The position numbers were made by a program, and so were the translations under genes. From the NCBI GenBank assembly GCA_030612025.1, contig JAUWOR010000001.1, positions 64,001-128,000 on the forward strand: a stretch of DNA of 64,000 nt, written 5' to 3'. Origin of the DNA: Dehalococcoidia bacterium. GTDB lineage: Bacteria; Chloroflexota; Dehalococcoidia; GIF9; AB-539-J10. The notes under the pieces were generated by a model. The model made no database searches, was not told where the DNA came from, and saw only the letters and a program-made list of their open reading frames with translations. Position 1 is the stretch's first letter; every line of letters starts with the position of its first letter. Shown here piece after piece: positions 40,772 to 50,556 of the stretch.

Positions 40772-40975
40772 ATGGGAGCTAAGAGGAAGAATCCTGAGAT
40801 TGTCCTGAAAGACGGGAAGCCAACAGCAGTTATCCTTGATATAGATGAGTATCAAGAAATGCTGGAGCGTTTGGAGGATGCAGAAGACCTGAAAGTGCTT
40901 GAAGAAATGAGGAGAAAGCCTCTCGAGTTCAAGCGATTGGAAAATTTTCTGAATGAATACACCCCAAGCGTATGA
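40772..40975 (+). CDS. Phd/YefM-like antitoxin
   Basis: GKPTAVILDIDEY..LEDAED. Confidence 0.85.
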   Translation: MGAKRKNPEIVLKDGKPTAVILDIDEYQEMLERLEDAEDLKVLEEMRRKPLEFKRLENFLNEYTPSV

Positions 40976-41222
40976 GGTTTATTTAGAGCGGGCGGCAGAA
41001 CAAGACCTCAAACGGCTATCAGCGAAGAATTTCCAAAGGATTATCCCTCATATCAAGGCATTAGCTGAGAATCCTAGACCCGTGGGTTGCCGAAAAATCT
41101 CTGGTTCACAGAATGACTGGCGTGTTAGGGTTGGAGATTATCGGGTTATCTACGAGGTTGCGGATAGGGAAAAGGTCGTTAGAGTTATGCGTATAAGACA
41201 TCGTGGAAAGGCTTATCGCTAA
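40953..41222 (+). CDS. relE: RelE/ParE family toxin
   Basis: LAENPRP.G..K, WRVRVGDYRVIY, RHR. Confidence 0.9.
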   Translation: MNTPQAYEVYLERAAEQDLKRLSAKNFQRIIPHIKALAENPRPVGCRKISGSQNDWRVRVGDYRVIYEVADREKVVRVMRIRHRGKAYR

Positions 41223-41423
41223 AAGCTAAGACTAAATTTTGACCTAAACCTTAAGTAAGTGGAGAAAAATATTCGTTCCTGCCTCTCACTCAAATCAAGC
41301 ACATCCCAGTAGAACTTTGTTTAATTGTTGATGTAGCAATCGTCCAAAATGCTTAGGAGCGGAGTCCTCTCATAAGTTATCGCTGAAACTGTTGCAATCG
41401 TTATGAATTCAAAAAGTAAGTGC

Positions 41424-41795
41424 CTATGCCTCCAAATAAATCACATCCTCTAAGCCTTTAAAGTGAGGATCAGAGGTCACTACAGGGCAGGTTTCTTTCA
41501 TTGCTGTAGCATAGACGATGGCATCAGCCATAGGTAGAGTGTGCTTTAAGCTAGTTTCAGCCGCTAGCAGGGCAATTTCTTCGCTTAAAGGCACTACTTT
41601 GGTTTTCATTATTTGAGCAATCACCAGGAGAGCCTCTTCCTCTTTGCACTCCCGCCTTAGCTTTTTATAAACTTCATAAAGAATTATTGTGGGAGTGACA
41701 ACCTCCGCCAGGTTGGCGAGGTACTCTTCGTAGCGCTCTACTAATTGACCCTCTGCCAAATACTCTATCCAGCCAAAGGAGTCAACTAGAATCAT
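41424..41795 (-). CDS. vapC: VapC/PIN toxin
   Basis: VDSFGWIEY, ADAIVYATA, TSDPHF. Confidence 0.9.
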   Translation of the reverse strand: MILVDSFGWIEYLAEGQLVERYEEYLANLAEVVTPTIILYEVYKKLRRECKEEEALLVIAQIMKTKVVPLSEEIALLAAETSLKHTLPMADAIVYATAMKETCPVVTSDPHFKGLEDVIYLEA

Positions 41796-41998
41796 ACCCG
41801 CTCTCCCTCTTCCCGGAGACCCTCAGTGCGCATCCCTCTAAAAAGCCCCCTTAATTCCTTGAGAGGATAATCAGGAACCAAAGTAATGGTTCCGCCCCTC
41901 ACAATGATTTGAAGCCTCTGGCCACTCCTCAATTTAAGCCGCTTTCGGACTTCCTTTGGAATCACCACTTGATATTTTGGAGAAAGAATCACTTCCAT
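41792..41998 (-). CDS. AbrB/MazE family antitoxin
   Basis: SPKYQVVIPKEVR. Confidence 0.88.
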   Translation of the reverse strand: MEVILSPKYQVVIPKEVRKRLKLRSGQRLQIIVRGGTITLVPDYPLKELRGLFRGMRTEGLREEGERV

Positions 41999-42068
41999 CT
42001 CACACCTCCTGTATCGATATAAATATTGTATAACAATTTTTCTTAGACATCAATTAATTCTTATCCAT

Positions 42069-42199
42069 AGGCTGTTTAATCTTGGTTTCTTGCTCAACCT
42101 TAGACAATTCACGGATGTTTCGCCCCAGATTTTTGTAGTTGCCTGATTCATCAGGCACACTCGCCCAATAAATTGGGCAACTACATTTCTAAACCGCCT
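42069..42199 (-). mobile_element. MITE-like element with REP doublet type A, reverse orientation
   Basis: Reverse complement of the 18017-type architecture. Confidence 0.78.
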
Positions 42200-42263
42200 T
42201 TCTTATCCGCAGGTTGCCCTTTTTACTACCAGGCTTTATAATCTAAAGCTAAAAGTTCTTATC

Positions 42264-43700
42264 ATGCCTAAAACTCCGATTAAGTTTGGCACTGATGGCT
42301 GGAGGGGGATTATTGCTGAGGATTTCACCTTCGATAATGTGCGTATTTGTGCTCAGGGGGTGGCAGATTATGTCAAGCAAAGTGGCCTCAGCGAAAGGGG
42401 GCTGGTTATTGGCTATGACACTCGCTTTGCCTCTGAAGATTTCGCCGCTGCCGCTGCTGAAGTAGTTGCTGGCAATAATATCAAGGTTCACCTGTGCTTA
42501 AAGCCCACCCCTACACCAGTGGTAAGCTACACCGTCCCTGCTCTCAAAGCCGCTGGCGCTATCATCATCACTGCCAGCCATAATCCTGGTTCATGGAACG
42601 GATTCAAGTATAAATCCCAAGAAGGTGCCAGTGCCCCAAATGAGATTACCTCCCAAATAGAAAAAAACATTTATCAGCTGACAGCTGACAGCTATCAGTC
42701 ATCAGCTAAAAGGCTTGCCCTGGACAAAGCTTTGAAGAAGGGGCTAATAGACTATATGGACCCAGATCCTCCTTACTTTAGGCATCTAGCCAAGCTTATA
42801 GACATAGAAGAGCTACGAAAGCAAAAACTAAAGGTAATTGTCGACCCTATGTATGGTGCCGGAAGTGGCTACTTCAAGACGCTCCTTCAAGATGGGAATA
42901 TAGAACTTACTGAAATCAATAGTGAGAGAAATCCTTCATTTCCCGAAATTCAGCCAGAGCCAATTGCTAAAAACCTGACTAAACTTTCTAGGTTAGTCAA
43001 GGAACAAAAAGCCAACTTTGGCTTAGCCACCGATGGAGATGCCGACCGCATTGGCATCATAGATGAGAAGGGAAATTTTCTAAACCAGCATCAGGTCTTT
43101 GCCCTGCTTTGCCTTTACCTTCTGGAAGTTCGTGGTGAGCGAGGTGCCATAGTTAAAACGCTCACTTCCACTGAGATGATCTCTAAGTTAGGAAAAATCT
43201 TTGATGTCCCTGTCTATGAAACACCGGTGGGCTTTAAATACGTCGCCCCGCTTATGATACAAAAAAAGGCCATTATCGGCGGTGAAGAGAGTGGCGGCTA
43301 TGGATTTCGTGGCCATATCCCAGAGAGAGATGGCATTCTCGCCGGACTTTACTTTCTTGACTTTATGGTAAAAATGGGTAAAACGCCGTCCCAGCTCTTG
43401 GATTACCTTTATAGCAAAGTTGGCCCTCACTACTATGAGCGCATTGATTCCCATCTCACTAAAGGTAAGCGTCAAGCAATCTTAGACCGACTCTCCTCTG
43501 GTTCCATAGACACCATAGCTGGAGATAAGGTAACTAAAGTAGATACCACTGATGGCTTTCGCTTCTTTCTTGCCGATGAGTCCTGGTTGCTTATTCGTCT
43601 TTCTGGCACAGAGCCACTAGTCCGCCTTTATGCCGAGGGCGAAAGCCTCGAGAAAGTGAGAAATCTACTGAATGAAGGTAAGAAGATAATAGGCATTTAG
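42264..43700 (+). CDS. Phosphoglucomutase/phosphomannomutase
   Basis: FGTDGWRG, TASHNP, DGDADR, GEESGG, SGTEP. Confidence 0.95.
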   Translation: MPKTPIKFGTDGWRGIIAEDFTFDNVRICAQGVADYVKQSGLSERGLVIGYDTRFASEDFAAAAAEVVAGNNIKVHLCLKPTPTPVVSYTVPALKAAGAIIITASHNPGSWNGFKYKSQEGASAPNEITSQIEKNIYQLTADSYQSSAKRLALDKALKKGLIDYMDPDPPYFRHLAKLIDIEELRKQKLKVIVDPMYGAGSGYFKTLLQDGNIELTEINSERNPSFPEIQPEPIAKNLTKLSRLVKEQKANFGLATDGDADRIGIIDEKGNFLNQHQVFALLCLYLLEVRGERGAIVKTLTSTEMISKLGKIFDVPVYETPVGFKYVAPLMIQKKAIIGGEESGGYGFRGHIPERDGILAGLYFLDFMVKMGKTPSQLLDYLYSKVGPHYYERIDSHLTKGKRQAILDRLSSGSIDTIAGDKVTKVDTTDGFRFFLADESWLLIRLSGTEPLVRLYAEGESLEKVRNLLNEGKKIIGI

Positions 43701-43703
43701 AAT

Positions 43704-44828
43704 ATGCTAGACCTGGATAATTTGGAGATATACCGGCAATATGACCCAAGTGGCATGCTGGTTCACCTTCATGGTTTGCCTCAGCAATGTCGCCAAGCTT
43801 GGGAAAAAGCCAGCAAGTTTGCCTTGCCGACTGACTTCAAGGACATCAACAAGATAGTTATTTGTGGCATGGGCGGCTCAGCCATCGGGGGTGATTTACT
43901 ACGCAGCCTGACTTCAGAATTAAACAAACCACTGGTATTTGTCCATAGAGGCTATGATTTGCCCGCATTTGTGGACCCAAAAACTCTGGTTATTGCTTCA
44001 AGCTATTCCGGAAACACAGAGGAAACTCTCTCTGCTTTCAAACAAGCTTTAACCACAAAGTGTAAGAAGCTTGCCATCACCACCGGCGGTAAATTAAAAA
44101 ATTTGGCCCAAGAAAATGATGTCCCCGTCTTTACCATAGATTATGTGTCTCAACCTCGAGCTGCCTTAGGCTATAGCTTTATTCCTCTCTTAGCTTTGCT
44201 TGCCAAATTGGGCTTCCTGGAGGATAAATCGGCTGATCCCACCTCGTCATTGCGAGCGAAGCGAAGCAATCTCACTGCACGAGCCTTGCCAGCCTTGGTA
44301 GAAGGAATGGCTCAACTACTTGAGGGGCTTTTAGACCAGCTAGCAGAAAACATACCGACATCTCTTAATCCAGCCAAACAGCTAGCCAGGAAACTATTCG
44401 GCAAGCTAATAGCCATCTATAGCGCTGGTATACTTTCCCCGGTAGCCCAAAGGTGGAAGGGGCAATTCAATGAAAATAGCAAAGCTTGGGCTTTCTACGA
44501 AACTTTCTCCGAACTCAATCACAATGCTGTGGTCGGCTACGAATTCCCCAAAGAAATGAAAAAAGGGATATATATAGTTATGCTCTGTTGCCCCTCACTC
44601 CATTCCAGAATCCTGAGTCGCTACCAAATAACCAGCGAAATCCTGGAAAAGGCTGGAGTGGAGCATGAAATTATCGATAGCCAAGGTGAAAATGACTTAA
44701 CTCGGATAATGAGCCTGGTATTCCTTGGCGACTGGGTAAGCTATTATTTAGCCATGCTTAATCAGACTGACCCCACACCGGTGAAGATGATTGATTACCT
44801 AAAGAAGCGATTAAACAGTATTGAATAG
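43704..44828 (+). CDS. Bifunctional phosphoglucose/phosphomannose isomerase
   Basis: GMGGSAIGG, SYSGNTEET, QFNENSK, ELNHN; carries an in-frame repeat insert. Confidence 0.92.
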   Translation: MLDLDNLEIYRQYDPSGMLVHLHGLPQQCRQAWEKASKFALPTDFKDINKIVICGMGGSAIGGDLLRSLTSELNKPLVFVHRGYDLPAFVDPKTLVIASSYSGNTEETLSAFKQALTTKCKKLAITTGGKLKNLAQENDVPVFTIDYVSQPRAALGYSFIPLLALLAKLGFLEDKSADPTSSLRAKRSNLTARALPALVEGMAQLLEGLLDQLAENIPTSLNPAKQLARKLFGKLIAIYSAGILSPVAQRWKGQFNENSKAWAFYETFSELNHNAVVGYEFPKEMKKGIYIVMLCCPSLHSRILSRYQITSEILEKAGVEHEIIDSQGENDLTRIMSLVFLGDWVSYYLAMLNQTDPTPVKMIDYLKKRLNSIE

Positions 44829-44975
44829 TGCTAAATAGCGGAGGCTTTCAAAAAAATCGAACTGATTTTGAGAACCGCGGCTGAAAATCTCTACGCTCCA
44901 GCCACCGCCCTCTGACCTGTCGTTTCTAACGATTTCAAGTTTTTCTTTGACGGCAAATTCCTTTTCTATACTCGC

Positions 44976-45020
44976 GCATAACGTTCTTGGGCTTTGCGAA
45001 GTGCCCGAGGGGCATATGAA
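44976..45020 (-). other. Truncated attC site (3' half)
   Basis: Minus strand TGCCCCTCGGGCA hairpin...AAGAAC-GTTATGC directly after the gene stop. Confidence 0.55.
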
Positions 45021-45593
45021 TCACTTTTTCCCAAATTTCGGTATTCCTATCCATTTTGGGGTCTTATTCATATATTCTCGATATGCATTCCCATACCTCT
45101 CAAGACACATGCGTTCTTCGGGAATTGCCAAAATGTTCAGCAGGATTATGGATAGCATTGCGCATAGCAGAAAAACCCAGGAAGCACAGGCTATGCCTAT
45201 GCCGATGGGTATCAAGAAGAAGCCAAAGTACATAGGGTTTCTTGAAATGTGAAATGCCCCTTTGGTGCCTGGTTTATCCACCGGAGTAGTAGCAAAACTT
45301 AGCATTGCCATGGTGACAAAAATCATACCCAGCAAATAAATAAAGAATCCGGCATAGAACCAGGCTGTGCCTAGTTTCAGCGGCAAGAAAATACTATAAA
45401 TCCCTGAAGCATAATAAATCACCATATAGATATAATTGAGTTTCTTCTCCTTTTCATTATATTGGGGCCAAATGAACAGCGTCGCTTTCTTATTAACAAT
45501 CAAGTACCTCAGACCGTAACTTATTAAGACCATGCCAAGTATAAAAATCCAGGCATTCCATAAGCCTATCTCAAAAACTGGTGTAAATGACAT
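45021..45593 (-). CDS. Isoprenylcysteine carboxyl methyltransferase/PEMT family membrane protein (cassette)
   Basis: GAFHISRNPMY, EERMCLERYG.AY.EY. Confidence 0.88.
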   Translation of the reverse strand: MSFTPVFEIGLWNAWIFILGMVLISYGLRYLIVNKKATLFIWPQYNEKEKKLNYIYMVIYYASGIYSIFLPLKLGTAWFYAGFFIYLLGMIFVTMAMLSFATTPVDKPGTKGAFHISRNPMYFGFFLIPIGIGIACASWVFLLCAMLSIILLNILAIPEERMCLERYGNAYREYMNKTPKWIGIPKFGKK

Positions 45594-45706
45594 GATCTTT
45601 CCCCTTTAGTTCACTCTCCCCACTTCAATTTTTATTCATTTTCTAATTCTTACTTCATAGAAGGTTACTCTTATTTTTTATATTTTTGTTCCGAAGAGAG
45701 CATTAC

Positions 45707-45740
45707 GTCTAACGTTCCCAGCACATACGCTATGTTGGGC
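45707..45740 (-). other. Internally deleted attC site
   Basis: R'' GCCCAAC and R' GTTAGAC within a 34-nt span, 14 nt after the stop. Confidence 0.6.
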
Positions 45741-45754
45741 GAAGTCGCCCATTA

Positions 45755-46285
45755 CTATACCGCTTTCAAGAAACTATACGTTCTTTTGCCCTTTCTTGAC
45801 AGCCTAAACAAGCCTTTATTTGTTAGCCTGGATATTATTTCACTTTCTTTCATATGATGGTCACTGAAGGATAGGATTCCATTCGGTTTCAATATCCGAT
45901 GTAACTCTTCTAGTACTCCATTTGGGTCACTCAACGTGTGAAAGGTATCGTATAATAGAACTACATCTACGCTATTATCAGGCAATCCAGTTTTGCAATC
46001 GGAACAAATGGTTTCCACATTCGTCAGTTGCTTTTTTGAAGCGCTACTCTGAACCATCCGGATTGCAAGTGGATGGATATCCAAGGCGTAAATTTTCCCT
46101 GATTCCCCCACCAATTCTGCAGCAGTGGTTATATAACTCCCAGGACCACAGCCATAATCAAGGATATGAAACCCTGGTTTTATCCCCACCTCTTCCAAGA
46201 TATTCTTGCGGGGTAAGAAGAAATCTCGAAATTTGTAGGTGAAAGACATAACTTTAAAATGAAATTTGGGTTCTGGTTTATCCAT
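45755..46285 (-). CDS. Class I SAM-dependent methyltransferase (cassette)
   Basis: ILDYGCGPG, RILKPNG; start ATG 46285 behind AGGAGG. Confidence 0.9.
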   Translation of the reverse strand: MDKPEPKFHFKVMSFTYKFRDFFLPRKNILEEVGIKPGFHILDYGCGPGSYITTAAELVGESGKIYALDIHPLAIRMVQSSASKKQLTNVETICSDCKTGLPDNSVDVVLLYDTFHTLSDPNGVLEELHRILKPNGILSFSDHHMKESEIISRLTNKGLFRLSRKGKRTYSFLKAV

Positions 46286-46323
46286 GGTAGTTTCCTCCTG
46301 TTTTCCTTTTAAAAGGCGATTTC

Positions 46324-46406
46324 GTCTAACGTCTCGCGGGTATATGAAGTTGTCCGTAAGGGCAATTTGGGCGGAGCGAAGCATAGCCATATACCCGCTG
46401 TTAGAC
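46324..46406 (-). other. Intact integron attC site
   Basis: GTCTAAC-AGCGGGTATATG...CATATACCCGC-GAGAC-GTTAGAC; RYYYAAC/GTTRRRY ends with a long inverted repeat. Confidence 0.85.
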
Positions 46407-46462
46407 GAGTCTGTTAAGACCAAATTTCTTTCAGAAATTTGAGTGCGAGCAAGCCGCCACTT

Positions 46463-47272
46463 TTATTTCCTACCAACGTATATTCCATATCCGAAGTATT
46501 TGAACAAACCGAAAATACTCTTGGGGATTGCCAAAGTTTCTTTTATAAATTTCCTGCAAGCTGAACTTTTGATGAACAGGAACAAAAATCTGTACCAGGC
46601 TCTCAGGAAATCCAAAAACTCTAACTGGCTAACTTCGCTAATCCACTGGCCTAGAGCGTTGACTTTGTAGGTTCTTACTACCATATCCCTCAATCCAGAG
46701 CCTCCCAACAATTCTTGCCAACCATCAGAAGTCAGAATTTCTTTAACCCCGGAAATGCGAGATAGATATTCAACCAATTCTGTTGGAGGTGGTGCTTTTA
46801 TCCAAGTACACTCATTAAGCCCGACGTATCCTCCTGGCTTTGTTACCCGCACATACTCGCTTACCGCTCTCTGTTTGTCTTCTACAAATGCGTTTACGGA
46901 CTCGCAAATGACTGCGTCGAAAAGGGCGTCCTCGAAAGGGAGGTTTTGTGCGTCTGCTACCCTAAATTCAACTCTATCCTCTACACCTTCTCTTTTCACC
47001 CTTTCATTTGACCAATCGATCATCCTTTCATAAATGTCCACCCCGACCACTCTACAGCCATACCTTTTTGCAAGGTAGCAAAGAGTTACTCCAACGCTAC
47101 AACCGACAACCAGGACGTATTTGCCTTTGTTTATGTGGCATAACTCAATTAGCTCTTTTGTGGCCTTTAAACCCCCCATATGTTTTGTGATGCCCAAGTA
47201 AGCTTGAAATTCGAAGTAAGGGCTTTCCAGTTCTGAAACCTCTTCCGGTGATGATTGTTTTTTATTCTCCAT
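46463..47272 (-). CDS. Class I SAM-dependent methyltransferase (cassette)
   Basis: HMGG..AT, ADAQNLPF, RVTKPGG; motif I is degenerate (VLVVGCSVG). Confidence 0.88.
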   Translation of the reverse strand: MENKKQSSPEEVSELESPYFEFQAYLGITKHMGGLKATKELIELCHINKGKYVLVVGCSVGVTLCYLAKRYGCRVVGVDIYERMIDWSNERVKREGVEDRVEFRVADAQNLPFEDALFDAVICESVNAFVEDKQRAVSEYVRVTKPGGYVGLNECTWIKAPPPTELVEYLSRISGVKEILTSDGWQELLGGSGLRDMVVRTYKVNALGQWISEVSQLEFLDFLRAWYRFLFLFIKSSACRKFIKETLAIPKSIFGLFKYFGYGIYVGRK

Positions 47273-47434
47273 TTTTCACTTGAAATGAATAAGTCTTTGC
47301 TATTTAAAAGGATTTCGTAGGTGGCGAGCATTTCGTCTAGCTCGCTTCTGCAAAGTATTTTTGCTAAAAGACGTTTTTCTTATATGTTATACCAAACTGC
47401 TTATCTATCTGAACGAGATCGGCCATTTTCCAAC

Positions 47435-47526
47435 TGGCGGAGGGAGTGGGATTTGAACCCACGACCCCGATTTCTCGGGGTAAGCGCTTAGCAGGCGCCC
47501 GCACTAGGCCACTATGCGATCCCTCC
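47435..47526 (-). tRNA. tRNA-Ser(GCT)
   Basis: GGAGGGA acceptor stem, CT-GCT-AA anticodon loop, long variable arm, GGTTCAAATCC, encoded CCA. Confidence 0.95.
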
Positions 47527-47759
47527 ATGGACTTGAGGGGACAATAGACAGAACTTTTAGCCCTGCATTCAATCTTACTTCCTAGTCTACTGCCGCCATA
47601 GCTGTTATTTTACCATGTAGAATGATTAAGCCACAACTTGGTCGACATTCATCTTTGCAAGGCAGCTAGAGCCCCTCTTGCACCCGCCAAATTCTAACCC
47701 TTATCAGGAGGCTTTCACAGTTAGGTGTTGAGCCGGATAAAGTCGTTGCTTCGCAATGC

Positions 47760-47818
47760 TTCCATCTTTCAAACTTCTTCATGTTATAAACGCTTTGAGT
47801 TTGTATAAAGTCCGCCCA
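47760..47818 (-). pseudogene. metF fragment
   Basis: Near-identical to 53460-53517 (ADFIQTQSVY...KKFERW). Confidence 0.8.
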
Positions 47819-47892
47819 ATTTCATAAAAATGGCAAGGAAGGCGCTAGCTTCCAAAAAGTCCCTGAATAAGAGCCTTCTTAAGTCTTGAAAT

Positions 47893-47920
47893 TTGCAAAT
47901 AGTAGCAAAAGCGTTAAAAT
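47893..47920 (+). promoter_or_regulatory. Candidate promoter of the hydrogenase operon
   Basis: TTGCAA-16-TAAAAT; resembles the 54312 promoter. Confidence 0.5.
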
Positions 47921-47975
47921 CTCGGGTTGACTAGTGAGATGATAAATAACCTGCTAGGATAGTTTGTTCTAGGCT

Positions 47976-48056
47976 GGAACATATGAGGAAGATGCTAGGA
48001 CATATTTTATCCATCGTTTTTCACGACTTAGAGGCTCCTCTAGCTGTGATTGAAAG
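47976..48056 (+). pseudogene. Histidine kinase H-box fragment
   Basis: EHMRKMLGHILSIVFHDLEAPLAVIE matches KHARETMGRILSVIFHDLKAPLAAVE of the 54353 kinase. Confidence 0.8.
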
Positions 48057-48093
48057 AGTTCAAGGCTAAAGCAATAGAATCGAAAGGAGTGTT

Positions 48094-48981
48094 ATGAAAG
48101 TTTCGAACGTGAAGGAGTACCCAGCAATATGGCTACAATGTGCTGCCTGCACTGGGTGCTCTGTTTCAGTTCTCAATGCTGTAAATCCCTCTATTAAAAA
48201 TCTACTAATTGATGAGGTGCTCCCCGGGAAGCACATAAATTTGAGATTCCACCCCACTGTGATGGCAGGATCGGGAGCACCAGTGGTCGAAGTTATGGAG
48301 GATACCTCAAAGCAGAAAAGGGGTGATTATATTCTCATCGTAGAGGGTGCTATTCCTACAGCCAAGAACGGCATCCACGGGGTAGTTGGGGAGAAGGCTG
48401 GAAAGCCTGTGACCATGCTGTCGCGGTTTGAGGAGTTAGCCAAAGATGCCCTAGTAGTTATAGCCTTGGGGACTTGTGCTGCCTTTGGGGGAATCCCGGC
48501 TGCTCATCCCAACCCTAGCCAATGCCTTAGCGTGGGAGATGTTCTTCAATCTCGAGACATCAATACCTTTTTGGTAAACATCCCAGGCTGCCCACCACAC
48601 CCCGATTGGTTTGTGGGCACAGTGGCAAGTATCTTGTTTTCAGGCTTACCAAAGCCAGAGGACTTGGACGAATATAGACGTCCCAAAGCCTTCTATGGTC
48701 AACTAATCCATGAAAACTGCCCGCGGCGAGCCTACTACGATGAGAACAAGTTTGCTAAGAAGTTTGGCGATCCCGGCTGCCTCTATGAACTGGGATGCAA
48801 GGGTTCAGTAACCTATTCCGATTGTCCTTTAAGGCTTTGGAACAATGGGGTGAACTGGTGTATAGCTAATGGTTCCCCTTGTATTGGTTGCACGGAGCCA
48901 GGCTTTCCTGATGAAGTGTCACCTCTTTACGAGAAGATAACAGCCACTCTGCCGGAAACACCAACAGGAGGTTCGAGTTAA
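48094..48981 (+). CDS. [NiFe] hydrogenase small subunit, group 1-like, no Tat signal
   Basis: WLQCAACTGCSVS, GTCAAFGG, PGCPPHP, HENCPR, CLYELGCKG, NWC...PCIGC. Confidence 0.93.
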   Translation: MKVSNVKEYPAIWLQCAACTGCSVSVLNAVNPSIKNLLIDEVLPGKHINLRFHPTVMAGSGAPVVEVMEDTSKQKRGDYILIVEGAIPTAKNGIHGVVGEKAGKPVTMLSRFEELAKDALVVIALGTCAAFGGIPAAHPNPSQCLSVGDVLQSRDINTFLVNIPGCPPHPDWFVGTVASILFSGLPKPEDLDEYRRPKAFYGQLIHENCPRRAYYDENKFAKKFGDPGCLYELGCKGSVTYSDCPLRLWNNGVNWCIANGSPCIGCTEPGFPDEVSPLYEKITATLPETPTGGSS

Positions 48982-50540
48982 TGGGTAAGATTATAATCGA
49001 CCCGGTAACACGCATTGAAGGGCATCTCAAAATCGAGGTGGTGGTTGAGAATAAAGAAGTAAAGGAAGCTAGGAGTTCAGGGACATTATTTCGCGGCTTA
49101 GAGCTAATCCTAAGGGGCAGAGATCCCCGTGATGCCCAACGGATAACTCAGCGTATTTGTGGGGTTTGCCCCACAAGCCACTCCACAGCAGCCGCTCTAA
49201 GCTTGGATAGTGCTTTCGGAATCGCTGATAAAATACCGGATAATGGTAGGATAATACGTAATCTAATTCTTGGCGCAGCTCATATCGCAGACCACATCCT
49301 CCACTTCTATCACCTGGTTGCCCTCGACTATGTGGATGTAACTGAAATAGCAAAATATGAAGGCAATACCCCGACCCTAAATTCAATAAAGAGCTTTATT
49401 AAGCGAGGTGAGCTTGGTCCCTTTATCCCTCGCTATGAAGGCGATTATCGCTTGCCCGATAAGGTTAATGAGCAAGCGGTAGCTCATTATGTTCAGGCAT
49501 TTGATATGCGCCGTAAAGGTCAAGAGATGCTTTCTCTCTTTGGCGGCAAGATGCCTCACAATGTTGGCATCGTCCCTGGAGGTGTTACTTCTACTCCTAC
49601 AGTAGATAAGATAATATCCTTCCTGTGGAGGCTTAAAGAGCTCCAAGAATTTATCGATAACGTCTATATCCCCGACGTAGCAGCAATAACCCAAGCTTAT
49701 CCCGATTACCTTGAGATTGGGCATGGTTGCGGGAGCTTGCTTTCCTATGGAGCCTATGAACTGGATGGGAAGGAGCCTAACCTCACAAAAAGGAAGAGAC
49801 TATTTAAGCCAGGAATAACTTCCACCGACCTTAGCTTTAATGGGCTGAAGCCAGATAAAATTGCCGAGGAAGTGAAGCATTCTTGGTATAGTGATTCCAT
49901 TAGTGGCAGGCATCCCTCTCAAGGCGACATTATACTCAATGAGGAGAAGGATGGGGCCTATTCCTGGATAAAATCCCCGCGTTATGAAGGCAAGGTTTAT
50001 GAGGCTGGTCCCTTAGCTCGACTCATGGTTACCTATGTTAGTGGCAAGCCTGAGGTTAAAAGCCTTGTTGACTCCACCTTGGCGAAGCTAAGTATAAGTA
50101 TAGATGCTATGTTCTCCGTTTTAGGGCGTCACCTTGCTCGAGCCCTGGAAACCAAGTTTATAGCTGATTCCATGGCTGATTGGCTCTTGGAGCTCAAGCC
50201 TAATGAGCCAGCTTATGTAAGCTACGAGCTTCCACAGGAGGCTACTGGAATGGGTTTGACTGAGGCAGCCAGGGGAGCATTGGGACATTGGATAGAGATA
50301 AGAGAGGGCAAAATTGCCAATTATCAAGTCGTTACTCCCACTAGCTGGAATGCCTCCCCTATAGATGATAGGGAACAACCTGGACCTATTGAGCAGGCTA
50401 TCACAGGAGCCAAGATAAAGGATGAAGCTAATCCCTTTGAAATCGTGCGCATTGTGCGCTCCTTTGACCCCTGCTTAGCCTGTGCCGTACATTTAATTAG
50501 TCCTAAGGGGCATGATCTAGGGGCATATCGCATCTGTTGA
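48981..50540 (+). CDS. [NiFe] hydrogenase large subunit (group 1a-like)
   Basis: DPVTRIEGH, RICGVC, RSFDPCLACAVH plus cleavable tail. Confidence 0.95.
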   Translation: MGKIIIDPVTRIEGHLKIEVVVENKEVKEARSSGTLFRGLELILRGRDPRDAQRITQRICGVCPTSHSTAAALSLDSAFGIADKIPDNGRIIRNLILGAAHIADHILHFYHLVALDYVDVTEIAKYEGNTPTLNSIKSFIKRGELGPFIPRYEGDYRLPDKVNEQAVAHYVQAFDMRRKGQEMLSLFGGKMPHNVGIVPGGVTSTPTVDKIISFLWRLKELQEFIDNVYIPDVAAITQAYPDYLEIGHGCGSLLSYGAYELDGKEPNLTKRKRLFKPGITSTDLSFNGLKPDKIAEEVKHSWYSDSISGRHPSQGDIILNEEKDGAYSWIKSPRYEGKVYEAGPLARLMVTYVSGKPEVKSLVDSTLAKLSISIDAMFSVLGRHLARALETKFIADSMADWLLELKPNEPAYVSYELPQEATGMGLTEAARGALGHWIEIREGKIANYQVVTPTSWNASPIDDREQPGPIEQAITGAKIKDEANPFEIVRIVRSFDPCLACAVHLISPKGHDLGAYRIC

Positions 50541-50556
50541 TAAGGACAAAAGAGAA

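Noticed and set aside
44921-44935. Fourth attC core (GTTAGAA on the minus strand)
   Set aside because: No matching inverse core or stem; too short to support.
46286-46423. N-terminal extension of the 45755 methyltransferase
   Set aside because: It runs through the attC site; a strong AGGAGG precedes ATG 46285.
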